Shown here: piece after piece, positions 9,476-18,988 of the stretch
Layout: the number at the start of each line of letters is the position of its first letter
How positions within the stretch are numbered: position 1 is the stretch's first letter
Program-made: the position numbers and the translations under genes
The notes under the pieces: model-generated
What the model was told of the DNA's origin: nothing
What the model saw: only the letters and a program-made list of their open reading frames with translations
Databases searched by the model: none
Source: Candidatus Iainarchaeum sp.
GTDB lineage: Archaea > Iainarchaeota > Iainarchaeia > Iainarchaeales > DTGL01
NCBI GenBank assembly: GCA_026413945.1
Contig: JAOAJX010000003.1
Coordinates: 98,417-162,416 of the forward strand
DNA length: 64,000 nucleotides
Direction of reading: 5' to 3'

Positions 9476-9856
9476 TTACTCAATTTCCAAAACATCGCCT
9501 GGTGCAACCCGCACATTCCTAGAATTTATAAATATAGCTCCAGAGTCGCCTTCGTGTAGAACATCTACTTTTTTTTCATTAATCCAAAGTTCAGATATTC
9601 TTAAAGGTTTTTCACCAAGAAGAATTTTATCTTTCTTGGTTATGGTGCCTTTGGTTACTGTGCCTTTTATTACCGACAATTCATGGAGCTGGAAACTGTC
9701 AGTAACCGAAAAAAGAGCCCTTGCACTTTTGCTTTCTTCTAGGGGTTTTAGTTCTTCTTCAAGCGGTTTTGTTGTCTTCTCAATTCTTACTTTTTGATGC
9801 TCCGGGATGCACAAGCGATCTTTTTTTTCCTTGGTTTTACCCCACATAGACATCAT
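9476..9856 (-). CDS. Stand-alone EF-Tu domain II-like beta-barrel protein
   Basis: FSVTDSF...VIKGTVTKGTI..KD, ISEL...KKVDVL.EGD.GAI pattern. Confidence 0.6.
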   Translation of the reverse strand: MMSMWGKTKEKKDRLCIPEHQKVRIEKTTKPLEEELKPLEESKSARALFSVTDSFQLHELSVIKGTVTKGTITKKDKILLGEKPLRISELWINEKKVDVLHEGDSGAIFINSRNVRVAPGDVLEIE

Positions 9857-9901
9857 ATTAAAAGCTACACTTAAAAAGAATTAAAAAATATCAAGTATAC
9901 T

Positions 9902-10759
9902 TTAATGCCTTCCACAACGCCTTTTTTTCATATTTGTTTTTCTTTTAAATCTAGCTCCAAAAGTTTTGTTTTGGATCCTGTTGTATAAGTAATTTCCAAA
10001 CCTTTCAGGATCAAAACAGATAAAATGAGGGTTTTTGGTCAATAATCGCCTAGTTTTAGCCATTGTCAATCCATAAGTTCTGCCAAGTAGAAAAAGTTTT
10101 TTTATTCGATCTTTCAGTGCCGGTGGGTTTTGTGGGAATTTGCCATGTGCAAACCATGTTATTAGAAGTGGTCTCATCATATGGGCTAAACCATACTGCG
10201 AAAGCACCTGCTTCATCTCAATCAGCTTTTCTTTATCAATATCAAAAAGCCACTTTGCACCTTTGGCAGTTGAAACAATTGCAAACACTTCCTCTTTTTT
10301 AAAACCAAACTCGCTTAAAAAAGTAATTTTGCTTCCAAAAAATCTCTCTAGAACAATTTCCTTTGCCTTTTGATATCTTCTCTCAGCAAGAAACTCTACA
10401 AAAACACTTGCCTTTACTTCTCCAATATCCTTATTGCTTAACCCATAGCGGCTGATCAATTCATTAAAGACTTGTAAAGTTGCTTTTATTTCGGTTAGAG
10501 TTGGAAACCTGCCGCGAGTTGCCTTAATGCGTCTCCAATTAGCAGGATCTAGTAGCCTAATTAGTAATTCTCTACTACTCTGGCCAAAATTTGATAATAA
10601 AATGTTTGCCATCTCCATTAGATCTTTTTCGGGCATTCTTTCTATTTCTTGCCAGATAGCTTTTGACCTTATCCGCAAAGCTTCATCTGTGGTAAAACCG
10701 AGCATTAGAAGAAATTTTCTTCCTTTTTCAACTTCTGACATTAAAGAGCCCTTAGACAA
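9902..10759 (-). CDS. Hypothetical helical, K/R-rich protein
   Basis: 285-aa ORF with TTG start and TATA about 25 nt upstream; repeated xxFG/YGL units; basic C-terminal tail. Confidence 0.7.
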   Translation of the reverse strand: MSKGSLMSEVEKGRKFLLMLGFTTDEALRIRSKAIWQEIERMPEKDLMEMANILLSNFGQSSRELLIRLLDPANWRRIKATRGRFPTLTEIKATLQVFNELISRYGLSNKDIGEVKASVFVEFLAERRYQKAKEIVLERFFGSKITFLSEFGFKKEEVFAIVSTAKGAKWLFDIDKEKLIEMKQVLSQYGLAHMMRPLLITWFAHGKFPQNPPALKDRIKKLFLLGRTYGLTMAKTRRLLTKNPHFICFDPERFGNYLYNRIQNKTFGARFKRKTNMKKRRCGRH

Positions 10760-10808
10760 TAATTTTTTACTTTTCTCTTATTTAAACATTTTGTTTATCT
10801 ATTTGCAT

Positions 10809-11705
10809 ATGGAGGGAGAAACACTTCTTCGATACAAAGATATAATTCCTGATTTCGATGCACTTATTGCTTCTATTAATAGGCCTCGCGATATCACAAT
10901 ACGCTGGAACCCACATAAGATTGAAAGAAATCAGCTTTTTGCAATGCTAAGGGAAACCTTTAACGAAGTTCATGAGATTGGCTGGTATAATCATGCTTTT
11001 AAGCTTGGCCAAAATGAGCGACCCGGCAAAAACTTTCTACATGCTCTTGGATACTATTATGTTCAGGAAGAATCAGCCATGGTAGCGCCTATTGTTCTTG
11101 CACCTTCAAAAAATTCTTTTGTTCTTGATATGTGCGCTGCTCCAGGTGGTAAAACAACCCAACTTTCAGCCTTGATGGAAAATAGTGGCACAATAATAGC
11201 CAATGATAAGGCAATACCGCGGCTTAAAAGCCTAGTTTCAAACGTGTCGAGGTTAGGTTGTATAAATGTTGTGGTAACTTGGAATGATGCTAGGAATTTA
11301 AGCATAAAGGATTGCTTTGATTATGTGCTTCTTGATGCCCCGTGTACAGCTGAAGGCAACCTTTTTAAAAAGATAAAATTAATGCCAAAATTTATGCGAG
11401 ACAGCCTAACTAATTTGCAAAAAGCACTGCTGCATAAAGCGATTGAAATAGCAAAGCCCGGATCAACAATAGTTTATTGTACCTGTACCTTTGCTCCAGA
11501 AGAGAATGAAGGTGTTATTGCAAATATTTTGGCAAAAAACCTCGCAAAAATAGAGCCAGTAAGGATTAAAATACCACACGAAAAAGGCCTTGAATATTTT
11601 GGTAAAAATGAATATGGCGGCGAGCTAAAGAAAGCAGTTCGTATATATCCATATCATTTAAACTCAGGGGGGGCTTTCATTGCAAAGCTTAGAAAAAGAG
11701 ATTGA
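10809..11705 (+). CDS. RsmB/NOP2 family RNA cytosine-C5 methyltransferase
   Basis: YYVQEESAM, VLDMCAAPGGKTT, LLDAPCT, YCTCTFAPEENE. Confidence 0.95.
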   Translation: MEGETLLRYKDIIPDFDALIASINRPRDITIRWNPHKIERNQLFAMLRETFNEVHEIGWYNHAFKLGQNERPGKNFLHALGYYYVQEESAMVAPIVLAPSKNSFVLDMCAAPGGKTTQLSALMENSGTIIANDKAIPRLKSLVSNVSRLGCINVVVTWNDARNLSIKDCFDYVLLDAPCTAEGNLFKKIKLMPKFMRDSLTNLQKALLHKAIEIAKPGSTIVYCTCTFAPEENEGVIANILAKNLAKIEPVRIKIPHEKGLEYFGKNEYGGELKKAVRIYPYHLNSGGAFIAKLRKRD

Positions 11706-12114
11706 AGAACTTCTTTTAAGTTTTGGAATAAATCTCGCAATTATTGAAAAGTGGCATATTGAAAAAGCTGGAAACTCATTTTGGCTCACATCAAAAGGCC
11801 TCAAAATTTGCGAAGGCTTTAATATGCAGTGCAAAGGCCTTAGGGTTGCCGAAAAAACGAAGCTTGGCTGGAAGCCCACAAGTTATTTCCTTCAATTTTT
11901 TGCAACTTACATTACAAAAAAAATAGTTGAAATTAACAAGAACGAACTTTTATCAATAATCAAGGGCACACCCGTAGAAAAAAACTGTGAAAATGGGTAT
12001 GTGGCAATTCGCTTTAAAGGCCATATTGTGGGCTGCGGGCTTTGCAAAAATGGAAAGGTTTATTCCCAATTGCCAAAGGAATTAGCAATAGCGCTTTCTG
12101 AAAACTGTAGGTAA
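11680..12114 (+). CDS. PUA-like/Nip7-like partner of the m5C methyltransferase (RsmF C-terminal-like)
   Basis: KPTSYFLQ, GYVAIRF....GCG....GKVYSQLPK; overlaps the methyltransferase stop. Confidence 0.65.
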   Translation: MQSLEKEIEELLLSFGINLAIIEKWHIEKAGNSFWLTSKGLKICEGFNMQCKGLRVAEKTKLGWKPTSYFLQFFATYITKKIVEINKNELLSIIKGTPVEKNCENGYVAIRFKGHIVGCGLCKNGKVYSQLPKELAIALSENCR

Positions 12115-12127
12115 TAATGATGAATAA

Positions 12128-12212
12128 CGGCGGGACCGGGATTTGAACCCGGGAGAGCTCATCGCTCAGCAGCTTAGCAGGCTGCCGCCGTGGACCGCTG
12201 GGCCATCCCGCC
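12128..12212 (-). tRNA. tRNA-Ser(GCT)
   Basis: GGCGGGA/TCCCGCC acceptor, GCAGC-CT GCT AA-GCTGC, long variable arm, discriminator G. Confidence 0.95.
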
Positions 12213-12299
12213 AACCAGAGCATATAAAAATATGCTGGCAATCTTTAAAAATTGAACATTTTAAATACTTTCCCAAGAGAGATTTCTATGGGGCTAAGC

Positions 12300-14078
12300 A
12301 TGGCTGTTAAAGAAGTGCGTTACTTATTTAGGAAAATATACAGTGGAGACCGCCTTTTTGAGTTTGGTGAACGCACTTTAACAATAAGCTCTAACGTAAA
12401 GCTTAATGACAAGGAAATATTAAACCTGCTTAAGAAACTTCTTTTAAAGAAAGAAAATCCTGTAAGAATAACAATGAGCATATGCCCAAAATGTGCCGAT
12501 GAGAAGAAATGGGCTGAAATGCGCATACCCGCACTAATATTTGAAAAAGACAAAAAAGTAATGATAAGGAAAGAATGCCCAAAGCATGGAATATATCAAG
12601 ATGCGTACTGGGAAGATTCTGATTATTACTTTAAGCAACAGAAATTCGCTGACCAAGGCCTTGAGCTTTCAGTTGTACAGGTAGATAAGCCACTATCTGA
12701 AATTGTCTGCCCAAACGATTGTGGGTTATGCAAGCAGCATAAAAGCCACACGGCATTGGCGAACCTTGTTGTGACAAACAGGTGTGATTTGTCATGTTGG
12801 TACTGCTTCTTCTTCCAGAAAATGAATGAACCGGTTTACGAACCTTCACTGGATGCAATCAGAGCCATGCTAAAAAATCTGCGCAACGAGAAGCCAATCG
12901 CATGTAATGCTATACAGCTTACAGGCGGAGAGCCAACGCTTAGGGAAGATATAGTGGAAATTGTGAAGATGTGCAAAGAAGAGGGCTTTGAACATGTCCA
13001 ATTCAATACTAATGGCATAAGATTGGCAACTGATGCTGCATTTGTTGAAAAAGTTGTTAGAGCCGGTGCAAACATATTCTATATGAGCTTCGATGGTGTA
13101 ACACCAAAAACAAACCCAAAAAATTATTGGGAAGCACCGAAAGCTATTGAAAATGTGAGGAAAACCCGGGCTGCTGGCATAGTGCTCGTGCCGACAATTA
13201 TAAATGGCTTTAATACCCACGAGCTTGGCGATATAATAAGATTTGCTGCCTCACAAATTGATGTAGTTAGGGGCGTAAATATGCAACCAGTGTCACTTGT
13301 CGGTATGATGCCTAAAAATGAGCGCGAGAAACAACGCATAACCATACCAAGAGCAATAAAGCTAATTGAGGAACAAACAAACGGAGAAATAGGTCTTGAT
13401 GATTTCTATTGCGTACCTTGTGTAGGGCCAATAACAAACTTAATAGAAACACTAACGGGAAAGCCACAATATAGATTATCATCTCACTTTGCGTGTGGTG
13501 CAGGCACTTATGTTTTTATAGAAGGAAAGCGCTTTCTGCCAATAACGCGGTTTGTTGATGTTGAAGGGTTGTTTGAATATCTGCAGTCGTTGGCTGGTGA
13601 GCTGAGAGGGAAAAAGCTTGGAAGATTAGGCAAACTTTTGACAGGTAGTAAGATCCTTTATAGAATAAACTCATTTATAGATCAAGAAAAGAAGCCAAAG
13701 AACTTGAAGCTCAGTGATATCCTCGCAAAAGCTCTTCTTAGTGGAAACTATAATGGCCTCAAGGAATTTCATTACAATTCTCTATTTATAGGTATGATGC
13801 ACTTTATGGATCCATATGATTATGACATAGACCGTGTTGAAAGGTGCTGCATACACTATGCAATGCCTGACAATAGAATTGTTCCTTTTTGTGCTTTTAA
13901 TGTGATCCCAGACCTATACCGGGATGCAATACAAAAGAAGCATTCTGTTCAGGCTAAAGACTGGGAAAAACTAAGAGGTAAAAAGCTTTGTAATGACAAA
14001 TACAGAAGAAATATCTCAAAAGAAGAACAGCAAAAGATAGATGCCTATTACAAGGAAAACATAGATAAATTCAAATAA
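12300..14078 (+). CDS. tes: Radical SAM tetraether lipid synthase homolog (Tes/GDGT-MAS, MJ0619 family)
   Basis: CPKC...CPKHG, CPNDCGLC..H, RCDLSCWYC, TGGEPT, H..CG, RCC.HY....IVPFC; start could be 12288. Confidence 0.85.
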   Translation: MAVKEVRYLFRKIYSGDRLFEFGERTLTISSNVKLNDKEILNLLKKLLLKKENPVRITMSICPKCADEKKWAEMRIPALIFEKDKKVMIRKECPKHGIYQDAYWEDSDYYFKQQKFADQGLELSVVQVDKPLSEIVCPNDCGLCKQHKSHTALANLVVTNRCDLSCWYCFFFQKMNEPVYEPSLDAIRAMLKNLRNEKPIACNAIQLTGGEPTLREDIVEIVKMCKEEGFEHVQFNTNGIRLATDAAFVEKVVRAGANIFYMSFDGVTPKTNPKNYWEAPKAIENVRKTRAAGIVLVPTIINGFNTHELGDIIRFAASQIDVVRGVNMQPVSLVGMMPKNEREKQRITIPRAIKLIEEQTNGEIGLDDFYCVPCVGPITNLIETLTGKPQYRLSSHFACGAGTYVFIEGKRFLPITRFVDVEGLFEYLQSLAGELRGKKLGRLGKLLTGSKILYRINSFIDQEKKPKNLKLSDILAKALLSGNYNGLKEFHYNSLFIGMMHFMDPYDYDIDRVERCCIHYAMPDNRIVPFCAFNVIPDLYRDAIQKKHSVQAKDWEKLRGKKLCNDKYRRNISKEEQQKIDAYYKENIDKFK

Positions 14079-14081
14079 GTC

Positions 14082-15239
14082 GTGGTTGTTTTGGAATATC
14101 TTTTTCTCTTTGGCAGGAACCCAAAGCTTTCTTATATAGAGTTGCTCAGCTATTTTTTATCCAGAAATGTAAATTTTGCTGTTGTTTGCTTTTGTGAAAA
14201 AGCAGCTATAATCAAACTACAAACTGATATTGATTTGGATGAGATTATAAATAACTTAGGCGGTACTATAAAAATTGCAGAAATTCTTTTTTGTTGCAAC
14301 GAAGCGTCTCTTGAAAAAAATTTTAATGTAGCTTGCCTTTATACGGGAACTTCAAACAAAATTGTTTACAGTTTAGAAACCATTGGCGCTTCCTCATCTA
14401 TAATCTCTTACTTCCAAGAAAACTTCAAAAAAAATGAAATAAAAGCAGTGCATAAAGAGATAGCGCCTCATACTATTGCAAAAAGCAATAAAGAGCTACT
14501 TAGCTTTGTAGTGCTTAAGGTGGGGCCTTTATTTTATGTTGCAAGAGCTGTAAAATTCTTTGATCCACATACTTTTAGAGAAAGAGATATATCCAGACCA
14601 AATATTCAGCCAGAGATAATGAGCTCAATAAGGCTTTCAAGAATCTTAATTAATCTTGCTGGAGTTAAACCTAAAGCAAGGATGCTTGATCCTTTTTGTG
14701 GAATAGGCACTATCCTTCAAGAAGCATTGCTCTTAGGTTATGATGTGACCGGCGTTGATTTGAACCGAAAACGCACACAGAAAGCTTCAGAAAACCTTAA
14801 CTGGGTGGAAAAAACTTATTGTGTTGATAGTAAATGGTCTGTTAGGCAAGGTGATGCCACAAAACTATCACAATATTTTCCAGATGATTATTTTGATTTC
14901 ATCACAACTGAACCAGAACTTGGGCCTTTGCTTAAAAAAGCGCCAACTGATAGAGAAGCAGAAAAAACAATAAATGATCTTCAGAAGCTATACAAAAAAT
15001 TTTTCACTGAAGCTTCTAGGGTTTTGAAAGCAAAAGGGCGAATATCTATAGTCATCCCTCGCATAAGGGCCAAAAGCACTAAAACATATCGCATTGATAT
15101 GGACTATATTTTGAGAGAAACTGGGTTTAAGAGCTATAATCCAACATTAAAAAGCAATTTTGAGGTAAAATTGCCTGTGTTTTACAAAGAGCAATGGCAC
15201 AAAATAGAGCGCCTTATTTATATCTTAGAGAAAGCATAA
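14082..15239 (+). CDS. Trm11/TrmG10-like tRNA guanine-N2 methyltransferase
   Basis: LSRILINLA, MLDPFCGIGTIL.EA, QGDAT, ITTEPELG. Confidence 0.75.
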   Translation: MVVLEYLFLFGRNPKLSYIELLSYFLSRNVNFAVVCFCEKAAIIKLQTDIDLDEIINNLGGTIKIAEILFCCNEASLEKNFNVACLYTGTSNKIVYSLETIGASSSIISYFQENFKKNEIKAVHKEIAPHTIAKSNKELLSFVVLKVGPLFYVARAVKFFDPHTFRERDISRPNIQPEIMSSIRLSRILINLAGVKPKARMLDPFCGIGTILQEALLLGYDVTGVDLNRKRTQKASENLNWVEKTYCVDSKWSVRQGDATKLSQYFPDDYFDFITTEPELGPLLKKAPTDREAEKTINDLQKLYKKFFTEASRVLKAKGRISIVIPRIRAKSTKTYRIDMDYILRETGFKSYNPTLKSNFEVKLPVFYKEQWHKIERLIYILEKA

Positions 15240-15282
15240 TGGCAACATTTTAAAATAATTCTGAAATTATTAATTAATACAA

Positions 15283-15433
15283 GCCCAAGTAGTCTAATGG
15301 TCAGGATGCGGCCCTGTCGCACCACTTTCTTTCAATGAGTAAGGGAGAAAGCGCAATCAATATTTTTAGTATTTGTTTTAGCAGTGGTGGGTGCAGTGAG
15401 GCTGCGATCCGGGTTCAATTCCCGGCTTGGGCG
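15283..15433 (+). tRNA. tRNA-Asp(GTC) with 79-nt intron (15320-15398) at position 37/38
   Basis: GCCCAAG/CTTGGGC acceptor, CGGCC-CT GTC G|intron|A-GGCTG; BHB central helix CTGT/GCAG. Confidence 0.92.
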
Positions 15434-15522
15434 TAATCTTCTTTTTTCTCGAGTAGAATTCATATACCCACAACATTTTGCTACCCATTTAATCTACCTT
15501 AAGGTAATTCAGAGAATCTTAA

Positions 15523-16278
15523 CTAACTTTTTCCCCTCGCTTTCCTTAATCCTTTAGCCAAAAGCAGAAAGTGAACCGAAAGCGCACAAGCCACAACAAT
15601 TATTAAAATCGCTATAATCAATTCAATGCTAATGCTATTTTCAACTGGTTTTAGAATTCCTGTTTGACTTCCGTCTTTTTTAGGTTTTTCGCAATCTTTG
15701 TCAAAGTCCTCGACACAATCTGGGTCACATATCCCATCTGTAGCCATGTCACATATTTTGTCATCATAACCAGTGTTGCAATCCTCGGGACAATTAATGT
15801 AATTCTCACCAAGATTAGAAGAACATTTTCCATCAATAGCGCACTTTATGTCTATTGAATGGCTCTTTAGATAGAATTTTTCCTGCTCAATAATTGCTTC
15901 TGCCGGGGTAATTACATACGCTCCAATATTTTTAGGCTCTATCCAATATGCTATAGAAGCAGATTCTCCAGGCCCTAATTTTATCTTCCAGAAATAGTTC
16001 CAAAATTTAGCTCCATAATCGGTTTCAATATACTGCGCCTCGTTTTGGTCGAAGTTTGCTGCACCTATATTCTCCCTTATGCTTATTTCTTTTTCTTGGC
16101 TAGACTTATTTTCAATATGAAAGCCGATCCAGATCTTTTCTCCAGCGTATGCTTGCTGGGGTGCAATCCTTCTTATATAAACACCGTTTATATTTTCAGC
16201 CATTAGCACCTCAGCAAGTCCTAAAACACCTGTTGACAATAAAAGCAGCAGAAAAACAAAATTACGCACTTTCGGCAT
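15523..16278 (-). CDS. Secreted Ig-like, Cys-rich protein with C-terminal TM anchor
   Basis: Signal peptide, GENYINCPEDC..DGICDPDC..DKDC, TM plus basic tail; TAAATG coupling to upstream gene. Confidence 0.8.
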   Translation of the reverse strand: MPKVRNFVFLLLLLSTGVLGLAEVLMAENINGVYIRRIAPQQAYAGEKIWIGFHIENKSSQEKEISIRENIGAANFDQNEAQYIETDYGAKFWNYFWKIKLGPGESASIAYWIEPKNIGAYVITPAEAIIEQEKFYLKSHSIDIKCAIDGKCSSNLGENYINCPEDCNTGYDDKICDMATDGICDPDCVEDFDKDCEKPKKDGSQTGILKPVENSISIELIIAILIIVVACALSVHFLLLAKGLRKARGKS

Positions 16279-18783
16279 TTAGCTGCACCCCACAATCTGA
16301 TTTATGCTTGGTGCGAAATCAGGAAGCCTAAAATTGTCCCTTGCACAAGCAACGCCCGGGCCGCATTCCGGGGCATATGAGCGGTTGAAGTTGAAATCTA
16401 TGCCACCATACCTTCCTGTGAAACCAGGTGTTCTGCAAGTAGCGAAAGCGAAAACTCTTCCGGCATCCCTGGCTCTCCAATATTCATCAGCATCATACGT
16501 TGTAATATTTTTGAAGCAATAGTTTGCCTCATTTAATGCAAAACAGTAAGGGTAGTCTCCAGGCAAACCACCTAAAACCACCCCAATGTTATTATTTGTT
16601 GTATCAACCACGTGCCATTTTGCATCGCCAGGGAATTTAACCAAATTGTAGCAATGCGCCCCATCACAATAGTTTGCGACTTCTCTCTGAGTGTATCCTG
16701 CTTTTCTGAGGAGAGTTGCAAGTGCTCCTGAGTAATCCCTACAAATGCCTTTCTTGTGATAGTTTATCAATCTTTCTGCAGGCGCTGCTGATGCCCATGC
16801 ACCGCATACAAAGTAGTCCATTAAGCTGTTGCGGAAGTATCCGCGCATCCATCTTGCGTAAGGTCCAAGGCCTTTTATTATGTAAAGACCAACGCATTTC
16901 TTGCAGTTTGAGCCACCCCCACGCAACGATTCTCTACAAAGATTAGGATCTACTGTGCGATTAACATCATCCCAGCTTGTCGAGCTGCAACATTTGAGTG
17001 CCTCTTCTATTACATGATCGAGGTTCTGGTCACAAACCTCATAAAACTGGCAAGGACATTCACCACCGCCTTCTGTCCACTCAAGCTCTATTTTGTGCAT
17101 GTCACTCAAATTCTCATCTGAAATAAATTCATACTTGTAAAAATTCGCGTGTGGATAAGGCGTACCACGAACAATTGCTCTGCCACCACCTATAAAGTGG
17201 CTCGTGCATGGGGAATCATTTGGAGCATACTTTACTGTACCAGAACAAACAGAATTGCATGGTGGGCATTTTCCACCGCAATCTACCCCAATTTCATCTT
17301 GGTTTCTCACCTTATCAGCGCACGTTGCAGTGCCTGTCGAGCAGGTGATTGGAAATGCTTCGACTGGAGTTGTCTTGCAAGCACCGTTTTCACAGCCATA
17401 CCTACAGTCCATTGTCCTTGAAGGATTTGTTTCGGTCTCTTCATTACCAGAGCCGCAGTAATTTTCTATTAAGAGACTCCCAACACAATAATCTACTGTT
17501 TTACTCCGCCCTTTAATTAAGACTGTTCCTTTTTCAAATGGTTTAATACCACCATCAGAATCCTTGCATACGCAGCCGTTTTCGAAAACTTGTTTGCCAG
17601 AAGGCGTTCTTGGGCAGTTGTCGGCCATGTTTGGCACACCGTCACCATCATAATCATCGAAAGCGCTTGGCATAATTGGACCTTCTCGAACTATTTCCCT
17701 GCCAGTTTCTTTGAGAGTTATTTCCAAACCATCTTCAGACCTTATAGAAAAAGACCTTCCAACTTGCACATCTACGTAAGATGGCGTTGCAGTAACCAGT
17801 GGTGCTTGATCGGGGCAGCCATCTGAGTCTTCAAATCCATTTAATGTTTCCATCTCATGTGTGCATTTGTCCTCACAGTTTTTTATACTGTCTCCATCTG
17901 AATCCCTGTCATCACATTCGTCACAACTATCTCCAATGCCATCTTTATCAGAGTCTTTCTGGTCCTGATTGTAAACAAATATGCAATTATCCTTATCATC
18001 CATTGCACCGTCCTTGTCAGAATCATCACAGGCATCCCCAAAAGCGTCTTTATCGCCATTTTCCTGACGGGGGTTGTAAACATTGACACAGTTGTCAATC
18101 GAATCGTCAACTCCATCTCTATCTGAGTCTTCGGGCTTTTCGCATGCGTCCCCAACACCGTCTTTGTCCGAATCTGCCTGTTTTGGATTGTAATTTTGTG
18201 GGCAATTGTCACAATGATCGCCTATGCTGTCTTGGTCAAAATCTTCCTGTTTCGGATTGTATTTATTCAAACAGTTGTCAGAGGCATCCGGAACACCGTC
18301 TTTGTCATTGTCAGGCTCTGGGGCAGCGCCTACCTTCAGATAACAGGCCTGCCAGTTTTCAGGACCTGATTTATACTCTTTCCCTGATAATATGTGGTAT
18401 GAAGGCCAAACAACCCAAGAGCCAGCCTTGTCGAGTTTCCTCGACGCAGAAACCGAGACAATTTTACCAGCCTCAAAAAGCGTGTTTGCATAAGAAAAAC
18501 CAAAGGACGTATCCAAAGAATCAGGATCTTTTGCATGAGCATATATGCCGCGCACTCCGAGCTTTACAGTATTTTGCCCGTAGTTTTGCAGGCTGAACTT
18601 TACAGTTACAGAATCTCCAACTTTAAGCTCCGAAGGCCCCTCAACGCTTAGCCCAGTAAGCCGCATATAATCTTCAGACAAATCTGGTCCTTTGAAGTAG
18701 CACAGCGTTTCCGCATATGCTAAATTTTGGATAAAACTAAGCGATAAGGCAACAGCCAGTAAAAATTTTATTTCAAGCCTTAT
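16279..18783 (-). CDS. Surface protein with thrombospondin type-3 Ca-binding repeats and a transglutaminase-like domain; start codon uncertain
   Basis: Many D.D.DG..D..DNC repeats, DSDGG and NQDE.GVDCGGKC motifs, GICRDY...AHCY...VDTT triad; the frame stays open upstream of 18681 through a signal peptide. Confidence 0.8.
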   Translation of the reverse strand: MRLEIKFLLAVALSLSFIQNLAYAETLCYFKGPDLSEDYMRLTGLSVEGPSELKVGDSVTVKFSLQNYGQNTVKLGVRGIYAHAKDPDSLDTSFGFSYANTLFEAGKIVSVSASRKLDKAGSWVVWPSYHILSGKEYKSGPENWQACYLKVGAAPEPDNDKDGVPDASDNCLNKYNPKQEDFDQDSIGDHCDNCPQNYNPKQADSDKDGVGDACEKPEDSDRDGVDDSIDNCVNVYNPRQENGDKDAFGDACDDSDKDGAMDDKDNCIFVYNQDQKDSDKDGIGDSCDECDDRDSDGDSIKNCEDKCTHEMETLNGFEDSDGCPDQAPLVTATPSYVDVQVGRSFSIRSEDGLEITLKETGREIVREGPIMPSAFDDYDGDGVPNMADNCPRTPSGKQVFENGCVCKDSDGGIKPFEKGTVLIKGRSKTVDYCVGSLLIENYCGSGNEETETNPSRTMDCRYGCENGACKTTPVEAFPITCSTGTATCADKVRNQDEIGVDCGGKCPPCNSVCSGTVKYAPNDSPCTSHFIGGGRAIVRGTPYPHANFYKYEFISDENLSDMHKIELEWTEGGGECPCQFYEVCDQNLDHVIEEALKCCSSTSWDDVNRTVDPNLCRESLRGGGSNCKKCVGLYIIKGLGPYARWMRGYFRNSLMDYFVCGAWASAAPAERLINYHKKGICRDYSGALATLLRKAGYTQREVANYCDGAHCYNLVKFPGDAKWHVVDTTNNNIGVVLGGLPGDYPYCFALNEANYCFKNITTYDADEYWRARDAGRVFAFATCRTPGFTGRYGGIDFNFNRSYAPECGPGVACARDNFRLPDFAPSINQIVGCS

Positions 18784-18871
18784 TCTTAAGCCCCCAACTC
18801 AAAATTCTTTTGAACGCAATAATCTTAACCCTTTCCTATGACGCCCATATTAATGAGATAGTTCAGTTTAC

Positions 18872-18942
18872 GCCCCGGTAGTATAACGGAAGAACTCCGG
18901 CTTCCGGAGCCGGCAATCCGGGTTCGAATCCCGGCCGGGGTA
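18872..18942 (+). tRNA. tRNA-Arg(CCG)
   Basis: GCCCCGG/CCGGGGT acceptor, CCGGC-TT CCG GA-GCCGG, GGTTCGAATCC. Confidence 0.9.
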
Positions 18943-18988
18943 TTGTAATAGGATTAGTTTATTAAATCTAAATTAGCACTTCTTACAT

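Noticed and set aside
9216-9559. Short ORFs spanning tRNA-Leu (a similar one at 12014-12241 spans tRNA-Ser)
   Set aside because: Spurious translations of tRNA sequence.
10527-10808. Long N-terminal extension on the m5C methyltransferase (likewise on ORFs 3975, 24328, 32477 and 56991)
   Set aside because: Artefact of longest-ORF start calling; SD/TATA position and overlaps favour downstream starts.
12117-12124. ATGATGA C-box-like sequence
   Set aside because: No properly spaced D'/C'/D boxes, and it runs into the antisense of tRNA-Ser.
15333-15399. C/D guide inside the tRNA-Asp intron
   Set aside because: Only a degenerate ATGAGTA is present, with no CTGA box.
15434-18871. Integrated element with att sites at the flanking tRNAs
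   Set aside because: No duplicated tRNA fragment or integrase was found, so it is kept only as a possible islet.
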